DNA of 64,000 nt from the NCBI GenBank assembly GCA_017307275.1, contig JAFKFK010000026.1, forward strand, positions 6,134 through 70,133. The letters are read 5' to 3'. This DNA is from Alphaproteobacteria bacterium. Lineage in GTDB: Bacteria; Pseudomonadota; Alphaproteobacteria; Reyranellales; Reyranellaceae. The stretch's first letter is position 1. Each line of letters starts with the position of its first letter. The notes beneath the pieces are model-generated. The model made no database searches. It saw only the letters and a program-made list of their open reading frames with translations, and was not told the origin of the DNA. A program made the translations under genes and the position numbers. Positions 8,263-17,408 of the stretch are shown here, piece by piece.

Positions 8263-8832
8263 ATGTCCGATTCACTGAAGCTCGTCGCTTTCTGCGGTAG
8301 CCTGCGCAAGGCATCGTTCAACCGGTTGTCGCTGCAGGCCTTCATCGAACGCCTGCCGGCGGGAACCTCGGTGCAGACGATCGAGATCGGCGACTGGCCG
8401 CTCTACGATGCCGATGTCCAGGCCAAGGGCTTTCCCGACAAGGTGCAGGCCGCCCAGAAGGCGATGCTCGAGGCCGACGGCGTCGTGCTGGTGAGCCCGG
8501 AATACAACTACGGCATCTCGGGCGTCCTGAAGAACGCCATCGACTGGCTGTCGCGCATGACGCCGCAACCCTTCGCGACCAAGCCGACCGCCCTGTTCGG
8601 TGCCTCGATGGGCCTGCTCGGCACGGCGCGCGCGCAGTATCAGCTTCGCCAGACCCTGGTATTCCTCGACGGCCGCCCGCTCAACAAGCCGGAAGTCATG
8701 ATCGGCCAGGCGCAGAACAAGTTCGTCGACGGCAAGCTCGCCGACGAGACGACGGGCAAGATGCTGGCCGACCTCGGCGCCGCGCTGGCGCTCGCCGTCC
8801 GCCAATCTAAGGCGGCAGCGGCGGTGAAGTAG
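8263..8832 (+). CDS. NADPH-dependent FMN reductase (ChrR/SsuE-like flavoprotein)
   Basis: GSLRKASFN and SPEYNYGISGVLKNAIDWLSR. Confidence 0.93.
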   Translation: MSDSLKLVAFCGSLRKASFNRLSLQAFIERLPAGTSVQTIEIGDWPLYDADVQAKGFPDKVQAAQKAMLEADGVVLVSPEYNYGISGVLKNAIDWLSRMTPQPFATKPTALFGASMGLLGTARAQYQLRQTLVFLDGRPLNKPEVMIGQAQNKFVDGKLADETTGKMLADLGAALALAVRQSKAAAAVK

Positions 8833-8837
8833 ACGCT

Positions 8838-8994
8838 GATCCGGCAGGCTCTGCCGATCTCGTCTACAGCTCGTTGGCGCTGTACTATCTCGCCGACCTC
8901 GAACACCTGATGACCGAGGTCCATCGCGCGCTCGACCGACTGGGCGGGCGTCGATGAACGCCCGTTCTTCCTCCTGGTCTCGGCGCGTCGCTAG
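8838..8994 (+). pseudogene. Remnant of a class I SAM-dependent methyltransferase (5' part lost, internal deletion with frameshift)
   Basis: One frame reads DPAGSADLVYSSLALYYLADLEHLMTEVHRAL and shifts into DWAGVDERPFFLLVSARR-stop; both fragments resemble parts of one methyltransferase family; no start codon. Confidence 0.6.
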
Positions 8995-9054
8995 ACGAAC
9001 CCTTCGGTCCACGCCGAAGGAAAGCCCTGGCGGGGCGTGCTAGCAAAGCAGGCC

Positions 9055-10266
9055 ATGGCATCGAGAGTACCGCTCCTTGTCCTGCTGATCGCAGTCACCT
9101 GCCTCAGCCAGTTCTACCGAGTCTCCAACAGCGTGATCGCGCCCGAGCTGGTCCGCGATCTCGACCTCTCGGCGCGCCAGCTCGGCTGGGCCGGCAGCGC
9201 CTTCTTCTTTGCGCTGTTTGCCGTGCAGATCCCGGTCGGCATGTGGTTCGATCGGTTCGGCGCGCGCCGCACGGTGGCCGCGCTGTCGATTGTCGCCATG
9301 GCCGGTGCGCTCTGGATCGCGGTTTCCGCCAGCGCGCTCGACCTGATCGGGGGACGCGCTATCGTCGGCGTGGGCTGCGCCGCCTCGTTCATGTCGGTGG
9401 TGTTCCTCTGCTCGCGCTGGTTCCCGCCGGCCAAGCTTGCGACTGTGCTTTCCTGGGTGTTTGCGGCCTCCAACATCGGCACGCTGGCCGCCGCGACTCC
9501 GTTGGCCTGGGTGGCCGCGACTGTCGGCTGGCGTATGGGCTTCGCAGGTCTCGCGGTTGTCACCGTACTGGTCGCCGTCTGCTTCTACGCTTTCGTGCGC
9601 GACCGTCCGCCCGAGATGGCCGCACCACCGGCAAAGAAAGAGAACCTCGCCGAGATCATGAAGGGCCTGTTCGAAGTCTGGAGGACACCAGGGCTGGGCC
9701 CCGTGCTCGCCATGCACTTCTTTGCCTACGCCACGATGCTCACCGTTCTCGGCGTCTGGGGCGGCCCCTATCTCTACGACGTGCACAAGCTCGACGCGGT
9801 GGCGCGCGGCAACGTTCTCCTTGTCATGGGTGTGGCCCAGATCCTGGGCATCCTGGCCTACGGTCCGATGGATCGCGTGCTGCGCTCGCGCAAGAAGGTG
9901 GTCCTGGGCGGGGCTGCTCTCTCGACGGCTCTGCTGGCCGTGCTGGCGCTTCTGCCGCAGCCACCTCTCTGGCTCGCCCTCGGTCTCTTGTCGGCTTTCT
10001 GTTTCGCTTGCGCCTTCGGCACGGTGATCGTGGCGCAGGGCCGGGCGCTCTTTCCCGACCGGCTGGCCGGACGCGGCGTCACGACCGTGAACATGGCCCA
10101 GTGCCTGGGGCTGGCCGTACTACCGGCCGGCATGGGCTATGTCGTCGAAGCCTTCGGCGCCAACGACACGGCCTATCGCATCGCGTTTGCCGCACTTGGC
10201 CTCGGTCTCGTGCTGGGCGCTGCCGTCTATCTCCGCTCTCGCGACAGTGCCACGGCGCACGGCTAG
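9055..10266 (+). CDS. MFS transporter
   Basis: About 12 hydrophobic segments; motif A GMWFDRFGARR and a second-half DRVLRSRK motif. Confidence 0.92.
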   Translation: MASRVPLLVLLIAVTCLSQFYRVSNSVIAPELVRDLDLSARQLGWAGSAFFFALFAVQIPVGMWFDRFGARRTVAALSIVAMAGALWIAVSASALDLIGGRAIVGVGCAASFMSVVFLCSRWFPPAKLATVLSWVFAASNIGTLAAATPLAWVAATVGWRMGFAGLAVVTVLVAVCFYAFVRDRPPEMAAPPAKKENLAEIMKGLFEVWRTPGLGPVLAMHFFAYATMLTVLGVWGGPYLYDVHKLDAVARGNVLLVMGVAQILGILAYGPMDRVLRSRKKVVLGGAALSTALLAVLALLPQPPLWLALGLLSAFCFACAFGTVIVAQGRALFPDRLAGRGVTTVNMAQCLGLAVLPAGMGYVVEAFGANDTAYRIAFAALGLGLVLGAAVYLRSRDSATAHG

Positions 10267-10291
10267 ACTGCCGTCGTTCGTGGAGAAACGC

Positions 10292-10906
10292 ATGCTGGTC
10301 CAGAAGTTCCGCGCCATCGCGACTGCCTGCTGCGCCCTGTTGGCGTTCGCTGTCGGAAGCGCCATCGCACAGAACGCGCCACCTCGCGTCCCCGCGCCCG
10401 ACCGAGAGCCGGTCACGGGGCTGTCCTTTCCCGCCGAGATCGCCAACGCACGGCTGGCGACGTCGGTCGACTACAGCAAGACCTTGAACCGGCCGGACCT
10501 GGGTTACGCCTGGAACTATCAGACGAACCAGCAGCTCTTCGTGACGCTGTACGTATATCCGCCCACCACCGGATCAATTCCCGACGGTCCGATGGACGAC
10601 GCGGTCCTCGCCCAGTTCCAGCGTGCTTTGGCCGACATCTACGAAGGCGCGAAGCTCGGCCGCTACGATCAGCTCAAGCCGGTCGACGGGCCGGACAAAT
10701 GCACGATCGGTGGCCTCACCTTCCTCTGCACGACCCTGTCGGCCGTCCAGCCCAACACGAAGAAGCCGCTCCATACCGCGTTGATGGTGACGGGCTATCG
10801 CGACCGTTTCCTCAAGCTGCGGCTCGACTGGATCGACACGCCGACCAACAGCCGCGCAGCTGTCGATGGCTTCCTGCAGTCGCTGATCAATGGGATCAGG
10901 CGCTGA
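10292..10906 (+). CDS. Exported hypothetical protein
   Basis: GGAG SD, signal peptide ending AIA-Q, two conserved-looking Cys; no family recognised. Confidence 0.65.
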   Translation: MLVQKFRAIATACCALLAFAVGSAIAQNAPPRVPAPDREPVTGLSFPAEIANARLATSVDYSKTLNRPDLGYAWNYQTNQQLFVTLYVYPPTTGSIPDGPMDDAVLAQFQRALADIYEGAKLGRYDQLKPVDGPDKCTIGGLTFLCTTLSAVQPNTKKPLHTALMVTGYRDRFLKLRLDWIDTPTNSRAAVDGFLQSLINGIRR

Positions 10907-11290
10907 CTACTTGGTCGCCTCTTTGAGGTAGGCGACGAGATCGGCGAGCTGGCCGGCCTGCTTCACGCCATTGAACACCATCTTGGTACCCGGCACCTTG
11001 CCCTTGGGATCGCGGTTGTACTCGGTCAGGGTCGCATCGTCCCAAACGATGCCGGAATTCTTCATGGCATCCGAGAAGGCATAGCCCTCGCCCGTGCCGG
11101 CCTTACGGCCGAACACGCCGTGCAGGTTGGGACCCGCCGTCTGCGCGCCGCCCTTGTCGAGCGTGTGACAGGCACGGCACTGCTGGTTGAACACGCGCTG
11201 ACCGCGACTTGCTTCGCCTGACTGTGCCCATGCCGGCAGCGCCGCCATGCCCACAGAAACCGCAACGACCGTGCCCATCCAGCTCTTCAT
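10907..11290 (-). CDS. Class I cytochrome c (c2-like)
   Basis: Signal peptide, CRACH, GPNLHGVFGRKAG and PGTKM. Confidence 0.93.
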   Translation of the reverse strand: MKSWMGTVVAVSVGMAALPAWAQSGEASRGQRVFNQQCRACHTLDKGGAQTAGPNLHGVFGRKAGTGEGYAFSDAMKNSGIVWDDATLTEYNRDPKGKVPGTKMVFNGVKQAGQLADLVAYLKEATK

Positions 11291-11308
11291 TTTCTCTCTC
11301 CTGTGTTT

Positions 11309-11860
11309 TCAGGTAGATGCCGCCCCATGTGGGTTGCCAAGGAGCCCAGGCAAGGACTGTGCCCTTGCCTCGCGCTCGATCAGCGCCCGTTTGCGTCGGA
11401 CACCCCAGCGATAACCCGAAATGGAGCCGTCCTTCTTCACGACCCTGTGACAAGGTACGACGACCGCCAGCCTGTTGGCGGCGCAAGCTTCGCCAACTTC
11501 ACGCGCCTGGCGCGGAACGCCGAGCTTCGTGGCGATTTCGCCATAGGTCGACGTTCGGCCAGCGGGAATCTGCCGCAGCGCTTCCCAGACGCTCAGCTCG
11601 AAATCCGAGCCTTGCAGGTCGAGCGCAAAATCCGATTCGGAACCCGGATGCTCGATCACGTCGGCAAGGTGACCGAGCACGTCCCGCAGCCCCACCGCAT
11701 CCTCGATCAGCGTCGCATCCGGAAATCGTGCCGCGAGGTTCGCTCGCATCGCCTCGTTCATCTCGCCGAACTCGACCATGACCAGTCCCTTGTCGGACAC
11801 CGCGGCGACGAAGGACCCGAGCGAGCTTTCGGCCTTTGCATAACGGAGGGTCGTTGCCAT
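11309..11860 (-). CDS. ogt: Methylated-DNA--protein-cysteine S-methyltransferase
   Basis: Active-site VPCHRVV and IPAGRTSTYGEIA; no N-terminal Ada Zn/AraC domain. Confidence 0.9.
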   Translation of the reverse strand: MATTLRYAKAESSLGSFVAAVSDKGLVMVEFGEMNEAMRANLAARFPDATLIEDAVGLRDVLGHLADVIEHPGSESDFALDLQGSDFELSVWEALRQIPAGRTSTYGEIATKLGVPRQAREVGEACAANRLAVVVPCHRVVKKDGSISGYRWGVRRKRALIEREARAQSLPGLLGNPHGAAST

Positions 11861-11958
11861 GTTTCTCTCCACGCATTGTCCCTGTTGGGGATCGATAGCG
11901 GGAAGATAGAGCGAGCCGTTCGCCATTACGCTCCGGCAACGGACTGGAATTCCAAGGC

Positions 11959-12609
11959 ATGCAAGATTTGTTCGATCTTTCGGGCGAAAAAGAGACCCTT
12001 CGCGAGCCTTTAGCCGAGGGCGCCATGTTGTTGCGCGGCTTCGCAGCGGAGCGCGGTGCAGCACTACTGGCAGCTATTGAGGGTATTGCCGTCGCGGCGC
12101 CCTTCCGCCGCATGATCACGCCGGGTGGCTTCGAGATGTCGGTCGCCATGACCAACAGCGGTACCGCCGGCTGGGTCACGGATCGCAAAGGCTATCGCTA
12201 CGCGCGGCACGATCCCGACAGCGGCAAGCCGTGGCCGAGCCTGCCGGCGGAGTTTCTGGAGCTGGCAGAGGCCGCTGCAACCGAGGTAGGGTTTCCGGGC
12301 TTCGTGCCCGATGCCTGTCTGATCAATCGCTACGAGCCCGGCGCGCGGCTCTCGCTCCATCAGGATCGCGACGAAGCCGACTATGGCCATCCCATCGTAT
12401 CGGTGTCGCTCGGCCTGCCAGCCACCTTCCAGTTCGGTGGTTTAAAGCGCAGCGATCCCGTGAAGAAGGTGGCGCTGCGGCATGGCGATGTCGTGGTCTG
12501 GGGCGGCGCGTCGCGCCTCTTCCATCACGGCGTGCTCACGCTCAAGGACGGCGAGCACCCGTTGACCGGCCATCGCCGGTTCAACCTCACGATGAGGAAG
12601 GCTCTATAG
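11959..12609 (+). CDS. alkB: DNA oxidative demethylase AlkB
   Basis: TPGGFEMSVAMTN, GWVTDRKGYRY, CLINRYEPGARLSLHQDRDE (HxD), H and RFNLTMR. Confidence 0.95.
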   Translation: MQDLFDLSGEKETLREPLAEGAMLLRGFAAERGAALLAAIEGIAVAAPFRRMITPGGFEMSVAMTNSGTAGWVTDRKGYRYARHDPDSGKPWPSLPAEFLELAEAAATEVGFPGFVPDACLINRYEPGARLSLHQDRDEADYGHPIVSVSLGLPATFQFGGLKRSDPVKKVALRHGDVVVWGGASRLFHHGVLTLKDGEHPLTGHRRFNLTMRKAL

Positions 12610-12615
12610 CCCGCC

Positions 12616-13599
12616 TCACTCCGGCTTGATGTTCTGTTCCTTGATCAGCGTCACCCAGCGCTTCTCTTCCTTGTTCAGGAAGTCCTTGAATTCGGCCTGG
12701 GTCGAGGCGCGAATTTCCACGCCCTGCACCTTGAAGCGCTCGATCACCTCCGGGTCGGCTGCGATCTTGGCGATCGCCTTCTGCAGCTTGTCGACGATTG
12801 GCTGCGGCGTGCCGGCCGGGACGACCATGCCCTGCCAGAACACGGCCTCGAAATCCTTGAGGCCGGCCGCCTCGATCACTGTCGGCACTTCCGGAAAGGC
12901 AGGCGAACGCTTGGTGCTGGAGATCGCGATGGCGCGCGTGCGGCCCGTCGCCAGCACCGGCTTCGCCTCCAGTGCGGCCGAGAACATCATCTGCGCTTGC
13001 CCCGAGGCCACGTCCTGGCCCGCCTGCGCGCCGCCCTTGTAAGGCACGTGGGTGATGTTGAGTCCGGCCTGCGCCTTCAGGAGCTCGGCTGCGAGATGGT
13101 TGGTGGCGCCGATGCCCGAACTCGCGATGTTGAACTTGCCGGGGTTGGCTTTCACGACGGCGATCAGCTCGGCCATGTTCTTGGCCGGGAAGTTGGCGTT
13201 GACGTGCAGGATGAACGGCGTGAACGACATCAGCGACACGAGCTCGAAGCTCTTGTGCGGGTCGTACTGCACTTGGCCCGTGAGCGTCGGATTGATCACC
13301 AGCGACGTGCCGCCGGCATAGATCGTGTAGCCGTCGGGCGGTGCCTTGGCGACGAAGTTGGAAGCAACCGTCGTGGCCGCACCAGCGCGGTTGTCGACGA
13401 TCACCGGCTTGCCGAGCTCGGTCGAGAGCTTGTCGGCGTAGACGCGCGCCACCGCGTCGTTCACGCCGCCCGGCGGATAGGGCACCACCATGGAGATCGG
13501 CTTCTGCGGCCAATCGGTTTGAGCCATTGCCGGCGCCATGACGGCGAACGGCAACGCGAACGCGGCGAGGCCCGCCGCGATGAAAGTGGAACGCTTCAT
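12616..13599 (-). CDS. Bug/TctC tripartite tricarboxylate transporter substrate-binding protein
   Basis: WPQKPISMVVPYPPGG, IVDNRAGA, APPDGYT and HVPYKGG. Confidence 0.93.
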   Translation of the reverse strand: MKRSTFIAAGLAAFALPFAVMAPAMAQTDWPQKPISMVVPYPPGGVNDAVARVYADKLSTELGKPVIVDNRAGAATTVASNFVAKAPPDGYTIYAGGTSLVINPTLTGQVQYDPHKSFELVSLMSFTPFILHVNANFPAKNMAELIAVVKANPGKFNIASSGIGATNHLAAELLKAQAGLNITHVPYKGGAQAGQDVASGQAQMMFSAALEAKPVLATGRTRAIAISSTKRSPAFPEVPTVIEAAGLKDFEAVFWQGMVVPAGTPQPIVDKLQKAIAKIAADPEVIERFKVQGVEIRASTQAEFKDFLNKEEKRWVTLIKEQNIKPE

Positions 13600-13630
13600 C
13601 CTCTTCCTCCCAGATTTTTGTCTAGCGACG

Positions 13631-14056
13631 CTACTCCGCCACGAAGAACGGCAGCGTCACCTCTTTGTTGACCGGCTCGAAGGCAAGCTTCACGCGCTGG
13701 CCGATCTTGATGTCGGCTTCGGAGACGCCTCTGAGCGGTGCATTGACCCGCACGCCGGCGTCCATGTCGACCAGCGCCACGACGTAGGGCACCTCAGCCT
13801 TGAAGAAGAAGTTGAACGGGTGGTGGCAGATCGTCCAGGTATGGATCGCGCCGCCCGTCGGGGCTTCCTTGAACTCGCTCTCCATCGAGAAGCAGTGCGG
13901 GCAGACCGGCCGCGGATAGTGCCGGACCTTGCCGCAGGCCGAGCAGTGCTGCAGCAGGAAGCGGCCTTCGCGCAGACCATCCCAGTGCGGCTGGCTCTCG
14001 CGCGTCGGCGTCGGCATCGGACGTTCCGGTGCCGGCGGTGCTACTGCGGTGCTCAT
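13631..14056 (-). CDS. Zn-ribbon/OB-fold (DUF35-type) protein
   Basis: CSAC and CPHC Zn ribbon followed by PYVVALVDM..GVR; overlaps the thiolase stop. Confidence 0.9.
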   Translation of the reverse strand: MSTAVAPPAPERPMPTPTRESQPHWDGLREGRFLLQHCSACGKVRHYPRPVCPHCFSMESEFKEAPTGGAIHTWTICHHPFNFFFKAEVPYVVALVDMDAGVRVNAPLRGVSEADIKIGQRVKLAFEPVNKEVTLPFFVAE

Positions 14057-15213
14057 GCCGCCCTCCTCAGAATCGCGATCGAACCATCGCCCATGTCGCC
14101 ATAGCCGGTGACGAGGCCGACTTCGGCATCCTTGACCTGCGCCTTGCCCGCTTCGCGGCGAAGCTGGCGGGTCAGCTCGATCACATGGTTGAGACCCACG
14201 ACGTGACCCTGGCTCAGCAGCCCGCCATGCGTGTTGATCGGCAGCTCGCCGCCGAGTGCAATGCGGCCATCCATGATGAACGGCCCGCCCTCACCCTTCT
14301 TGCAGAAACCCAGGAGCTCGAGCTGGTTGATCACGGTGAAGGTGAAGCAGTCGTAGATCTCGGCAACGTCGATGTCCTTCGGACCGACACCCGCCATCTC
14401 GTAGGCACGCGGTGCGGACTTGGCGAGGCCGAACTCCAGCAGGTCCGGCCGCTGCGCAATCGAGGCCGGCGATTCGGGATGCCCCTCGGCCACGCCCATG
14501 ATGGTGATCAGCGGCTTCTTGAGATCGCGTGCCCGGTCGCTGCGGCTCACGACGATGGCCGCGCCGCCGTCGCTCTCTAGGCTGCAATCGAACAGCCGGA
14601 ACGGATCGGAAATCATGCGCGAGGCATGATGCTCCTCGACGGTGAGCGGTTTGTTCATCACGACATTGCCGTTGAGGATGGCGTGCTGGCGCGTGACGAC
14701 GGCGACCTCGGCGAAGTGCCGCTCGGTGGTACCGTAGAGCTCCATGTGGCGGCGCGCGCCGGGGGCGTAGAGCTGCGCGGGAGCAAAGATGCCGATCGGC
14801 GCCTCGAACTCGGCCGCCAGCGCGAATTGCGGGAACTGCTGCAGCCGGGTGCTGACCCGGGCGCCCGAATAGCCGGTGCGGCCAACGGCGATCAGCACGT
14901 TGTTGCAAACGCCCGACGCCACAGCCATCGCGGCGCTCTGGATGGCCGCCACGCAGGTGGCGCCGCCCATCGGCACGAACAGCGACAGCTTGAGGTCGGG
15001 CAGGCCGAGGTTGGCGATGAAATCCTCGGCGATGCCACCGCCGGGAAAATAGGGGACGACGCCGTCGATATCGCGCGGGCTGAGACCAGCGTCGGCAATG
15101 GCCGCGAGGCTCGCCTCGAGTTGCAGGGCCAACGCACTCTTGTGCGTGCCGCGCGTGTACGCGGTTTCGCCGATGCCGCTCACGGCCGCCTTCTCCCGAA
15201 GCGGATGCACCAT
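14053..15213 (-). CDS. Thiolase-like protein (SCP2/Ltp2-type)
   Basis: AAVSGIGET, LFDCSLESDGGAA, AEIYDCFT and NTHGGLLSQGH. Confidence 0.9.
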   Translation of the reverse strand: MVHPLREKAAVSGIGETAYTRGTHKSALALQLEASLAAIADAGLSPRDIDGVVPYFPGGGIAEDFIANLGLPDLKLSLFVPMGGATCVAAIQSAAMAVASGVCNNVLIAVGRTGYSGARVSTRLQQFPQFALAAEFEAPIGIFAPAQLYAPGARRHMELYGTTERHFAEVAVVTRQHAILNGNVVMNKPLTVEEHHASRMISDPFRLFDCSLESDGGAAIVVSRSDRARDLKKPLITIMGVAEGHPESPASIAQRPDLLEFGLAKSAPRAYEMAGVGPKDIDVAEIYDCFTFTVINQLELLGFCKKGEGGPFIMDGRIALGGELPINTHGGLLSQGHVVGLNHVIELTRQLRREAGKAQVKDAEVGLVTGYGDMGDGSIAILRRAA

Positions 15214-15272
15214 GTTTGATTTCCTCCGGCGCGCATCGTGCCCTAAGCTCCCTCCGGAGCGAAGGGGGAAGA

Positions 15273-16796
15273 ATGTCAAAGCAAGAGTTGGTTTCGCTGT
15301 CCGCTGTCGAGATGCGTCGCCGCATCGGCACCAAGGAAATTTCGCCGGTCGAATTGCTCGAGGCCTGCCTCGGTCAGATCGAGGACGTGAACCCGGCGGT
15401 CAATGCGGTGACGGCAATGTGCGTGGCACGCGCGCGCAAGGAGGCGAAGGCCGCCGAGACCGCGGTGCGCCGCGGCGAGGAGCTGCCGTTGCTCCACGGC
15501 CTGCCGACCGGCATCAAGGACCTCGAAGAGACGAAGGACCTCCTCACCACCTATGGGTCGCCGCTCTATCGCGACTACGTGCCGAACTACGACAACGTGA
15601 TGGTGAACCGCGTACGCACCAACGGTGCGATCGTCGTGGGCAAGACCAACGTGCCGGAATTCGGCGCGGGCTCGAACAGCCGCAATCCGGTGTGGGGCGC
15701 AACGGGCAACCCCTTCAACACGACCCTGAACGCCGGCGGCTCGTCGGGTGGCTCGGCGGCGGCGCTGGCGACCGACCTTCTGCCGGTCTGCACCGGCTCT
15801 GACACCGGCGGCTCGCTGCGCAATCCCGCTGCCTATTGCGGCATCGTAGGCTTCCGCCCCTCGCCGGGCATGGTCGCCGTCGAACGTCGTTCCATGGGCT
15901 GGACGCCGATCTCGGTGCTGGGCCCGATGGGCCGCACCGTGGCCGACACCTGCCTGCTTTACGCCACGCAGATCGGCCAGCACGACCAGGATCCCCTCTC
16001 GTTCCCGATTGATGGCGCGGCGTTTGCCGAACCCTGGCCGGTCGATCTTGGCAGCCTGCGCGTGGCCTGGACCGAGGATTTCAGCGGTGCGCCCGTCGAG
16101 AAGGGTATCCGCTCGACGATGCGCGAGAAGATGAAGGCGATGAAGCCTCTCTTCCGCTCGCTCGACAAGGTCGAGATCGACTACGGCGACGCCGACCGCT
16201 GCTTCGACGTGATCCGTGCCGTGAGCTTCCTCTCGCGTTATCACGACGCCTACACCAACAACCGCAAGATGCTCGGCCCCAACATCGTCGCCAACTACGA
16301 GATCGGCGCAAAGCTGAGCCTGGCCGACTTCGCCTGGGCGCATGGCGAACAGACGCGCATCTTCCGGAAGTTCCAGGACCTCTACCGCCACTACGACCTG
16401 GTGCTGGGGCCGACGGTGGGCTTCTCTCCCTTCCCCTGGAAGCAGCTCTACATCGACCAGATGGATGGCAAGAAGCTGCGCAACTACTACCACTGGATGG
16501 CGTCGGTCTATTTCGTGTCGCTGGCCACCAATCCGGCGGTGTCGCTGCCCTGTGGCCTCGATCACAAGAAGATGCCGTTCGGCCTGCAGGTGATCGGCCG
16601 CTTCCGCGGCGACGGCGAAGTGCTGGGCGCCGCCCACGCCATGGAACAGGCCTTCAAGAGCATTCCGGGCCTGGCGCGGCCGATGCCGAACCTCGCCAAG
16701 CTCCGGAAGCCGACGCCGGCATTGAAGTCGATCGTGACGCATCCGCCGAAGCTCAACGCCAAGGTCTCGCGCGGCCCCGCTCCCGGCGCCCTGTAG
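15273..16796 (+). CDS. Amidase signature family enzyme
   Basis: GIKD, GKTNVPEFG, GGSSGGS and GSDTGGSLRNPA (Ser-cisSer-Lys triad). Confidence 0.95.
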   Translation: MSKQELVSLSAVEMRRRIGTKEISPVELLEACLGQIEDVNPAVNAVTAMCVARARKEAKAAETAVRRGEELPLLHGLPTGIKDLEETKDLLTTYGSPLYRDYVPNYDNVMVNRVRTNGAIVVGKTNVPEFGAGSNSRNPVWGATGNPFNTTLNAGGSSGGSAAALATDLLPVCTGSDTGGSLRNPAAYCGIVGFRPSPGMVAVERRSMGWTPISVLGPMGRTVADTCLLYATQIGQHDQDPLSFPIDGAAFAEPWPVDLGSLRVAWTEDFSGAPVEKGIRSTMREKMKAMKPLFRSLDKVEIDYGDADRCFDVIRAVSFLSRYHDAYTNNRKMLGPNIVANYEIGAKLSLADFAWAHGEQTRIFRKFQDLYRHYDLVLGPTVGFSPFPWKQLYIDQMDGKKLRNYYHWMASVYFVSLATNPAVSLPCGLDHKKMPFGLQVIGRFRGDGEVLGAAHAMEQAFKSIPGLARPMPNLAKLRKPTPALKSIVTHPPKLNAKVSRGPAPGAL

Positions 16797-16807
16797 CGTC
16801 CGATAAC

Positions 16808-16839
16808 GCACGGTGCTGGCAGGGTTGCCGGTGCCGTGC
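16808..16839 (+). terminator. Hairpin after the amidase gene
   Basis: 14-bp stem GCACGGTGCTGGCA/TGCCGGTGCCGTGC (with G-U pairs) and a weak T tract. Confidence 0.5.
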
Positions 16840-16949
16840 GCTTTACAGAACTTCATCTTTTTGCCTGGGTGATGCCACTGCGGGCCGCTTACCTCGTTGT
16901 GTGGGACGTTCCGGCGTCAGGCCGGGTCCGAATCCCAACGGAGGTAAGG

Positions 16950-17243
16950 ATGAGCAGGATCATGATCGTGGTCACGGCCGTCGCGCTCGGTGCACTAACT
17001 GCCGCGTGCAACCAGACCGCGGGTTACGGCTATCCGAACTACAGCTCGAACAACTACAGCTCCAACAGCGGCTACTGGCGCAACGGCACTTACTACAGCA
17101 ACGCAAACGCCTATCAGCCCGGTTACTACAACCAGGCGCCGCGCCGTGGCCCGAACGGCGACTATGATCGCGACGGTGTCCCGAACCGCTACGATCGCGA
17201 CGCCAATGGCGACGGCGTGCCGGACCGGTACCAGCGCAGGTAA
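16950..17243 (+). CDS. Small Tyr/Asn/Ser-rich lipoprotein with C-terminal Dx[DN]xDG repeats
   Basis: SD GGAGG; lipobox LTAA-C; tail DYDRDGVPNRYDRDANGDGVPDRYQRR. Confidence 0.75.
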   Translation: MSRIMIVVTAVALGALTAACNQTAGYGYPNYSSNNYSSNSGYWRNGTYYSNANAYQPGYYNQAPRRGPNGDYDRDGVPNRYDRDANGDGVPDRYQRR

Positions 17244-17257
17244 AGCTCTCACCAACG

Positions 17258-17290
17258 AAGCCGGCTCCCCGAACAGGAGCCGGCTTTTTT
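17258..17290 (+). terminator. Rho-independent terminator
   Basis: Stem AAGCCGGCTCC/GGAGCCGGCTT followed by TTTTTT. Confidence 0.85.
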
Positions 17291-17408
17291 GCGCCTGCGT
17301 GCCTTCAACAAATCTCAGTTGCGCCGCTGCCACGCCATCGTCGATGCGTTTCATTCATCATGGGAAACGTCCCGCGCGAGAAAGGGCTTTCCCCGGTGGA
17401 GGGATTGG

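Noticed and set aside
11861-11958. Canonical Ada box (AAT-N6-GCAA) in the ogt/alkB spacer
   Set aside because: GCAA is present, but the A-box spacing does not match on either strand.
16903-17373. GGGACGTT(T)CC motif upstream of both Tyr-rich lipoproteins (16903-16912 and, inverted, 17363-17373)
   Set aside because: The copies are short, in opposite orientations and of different length, which is plausible by chance at this GC content.
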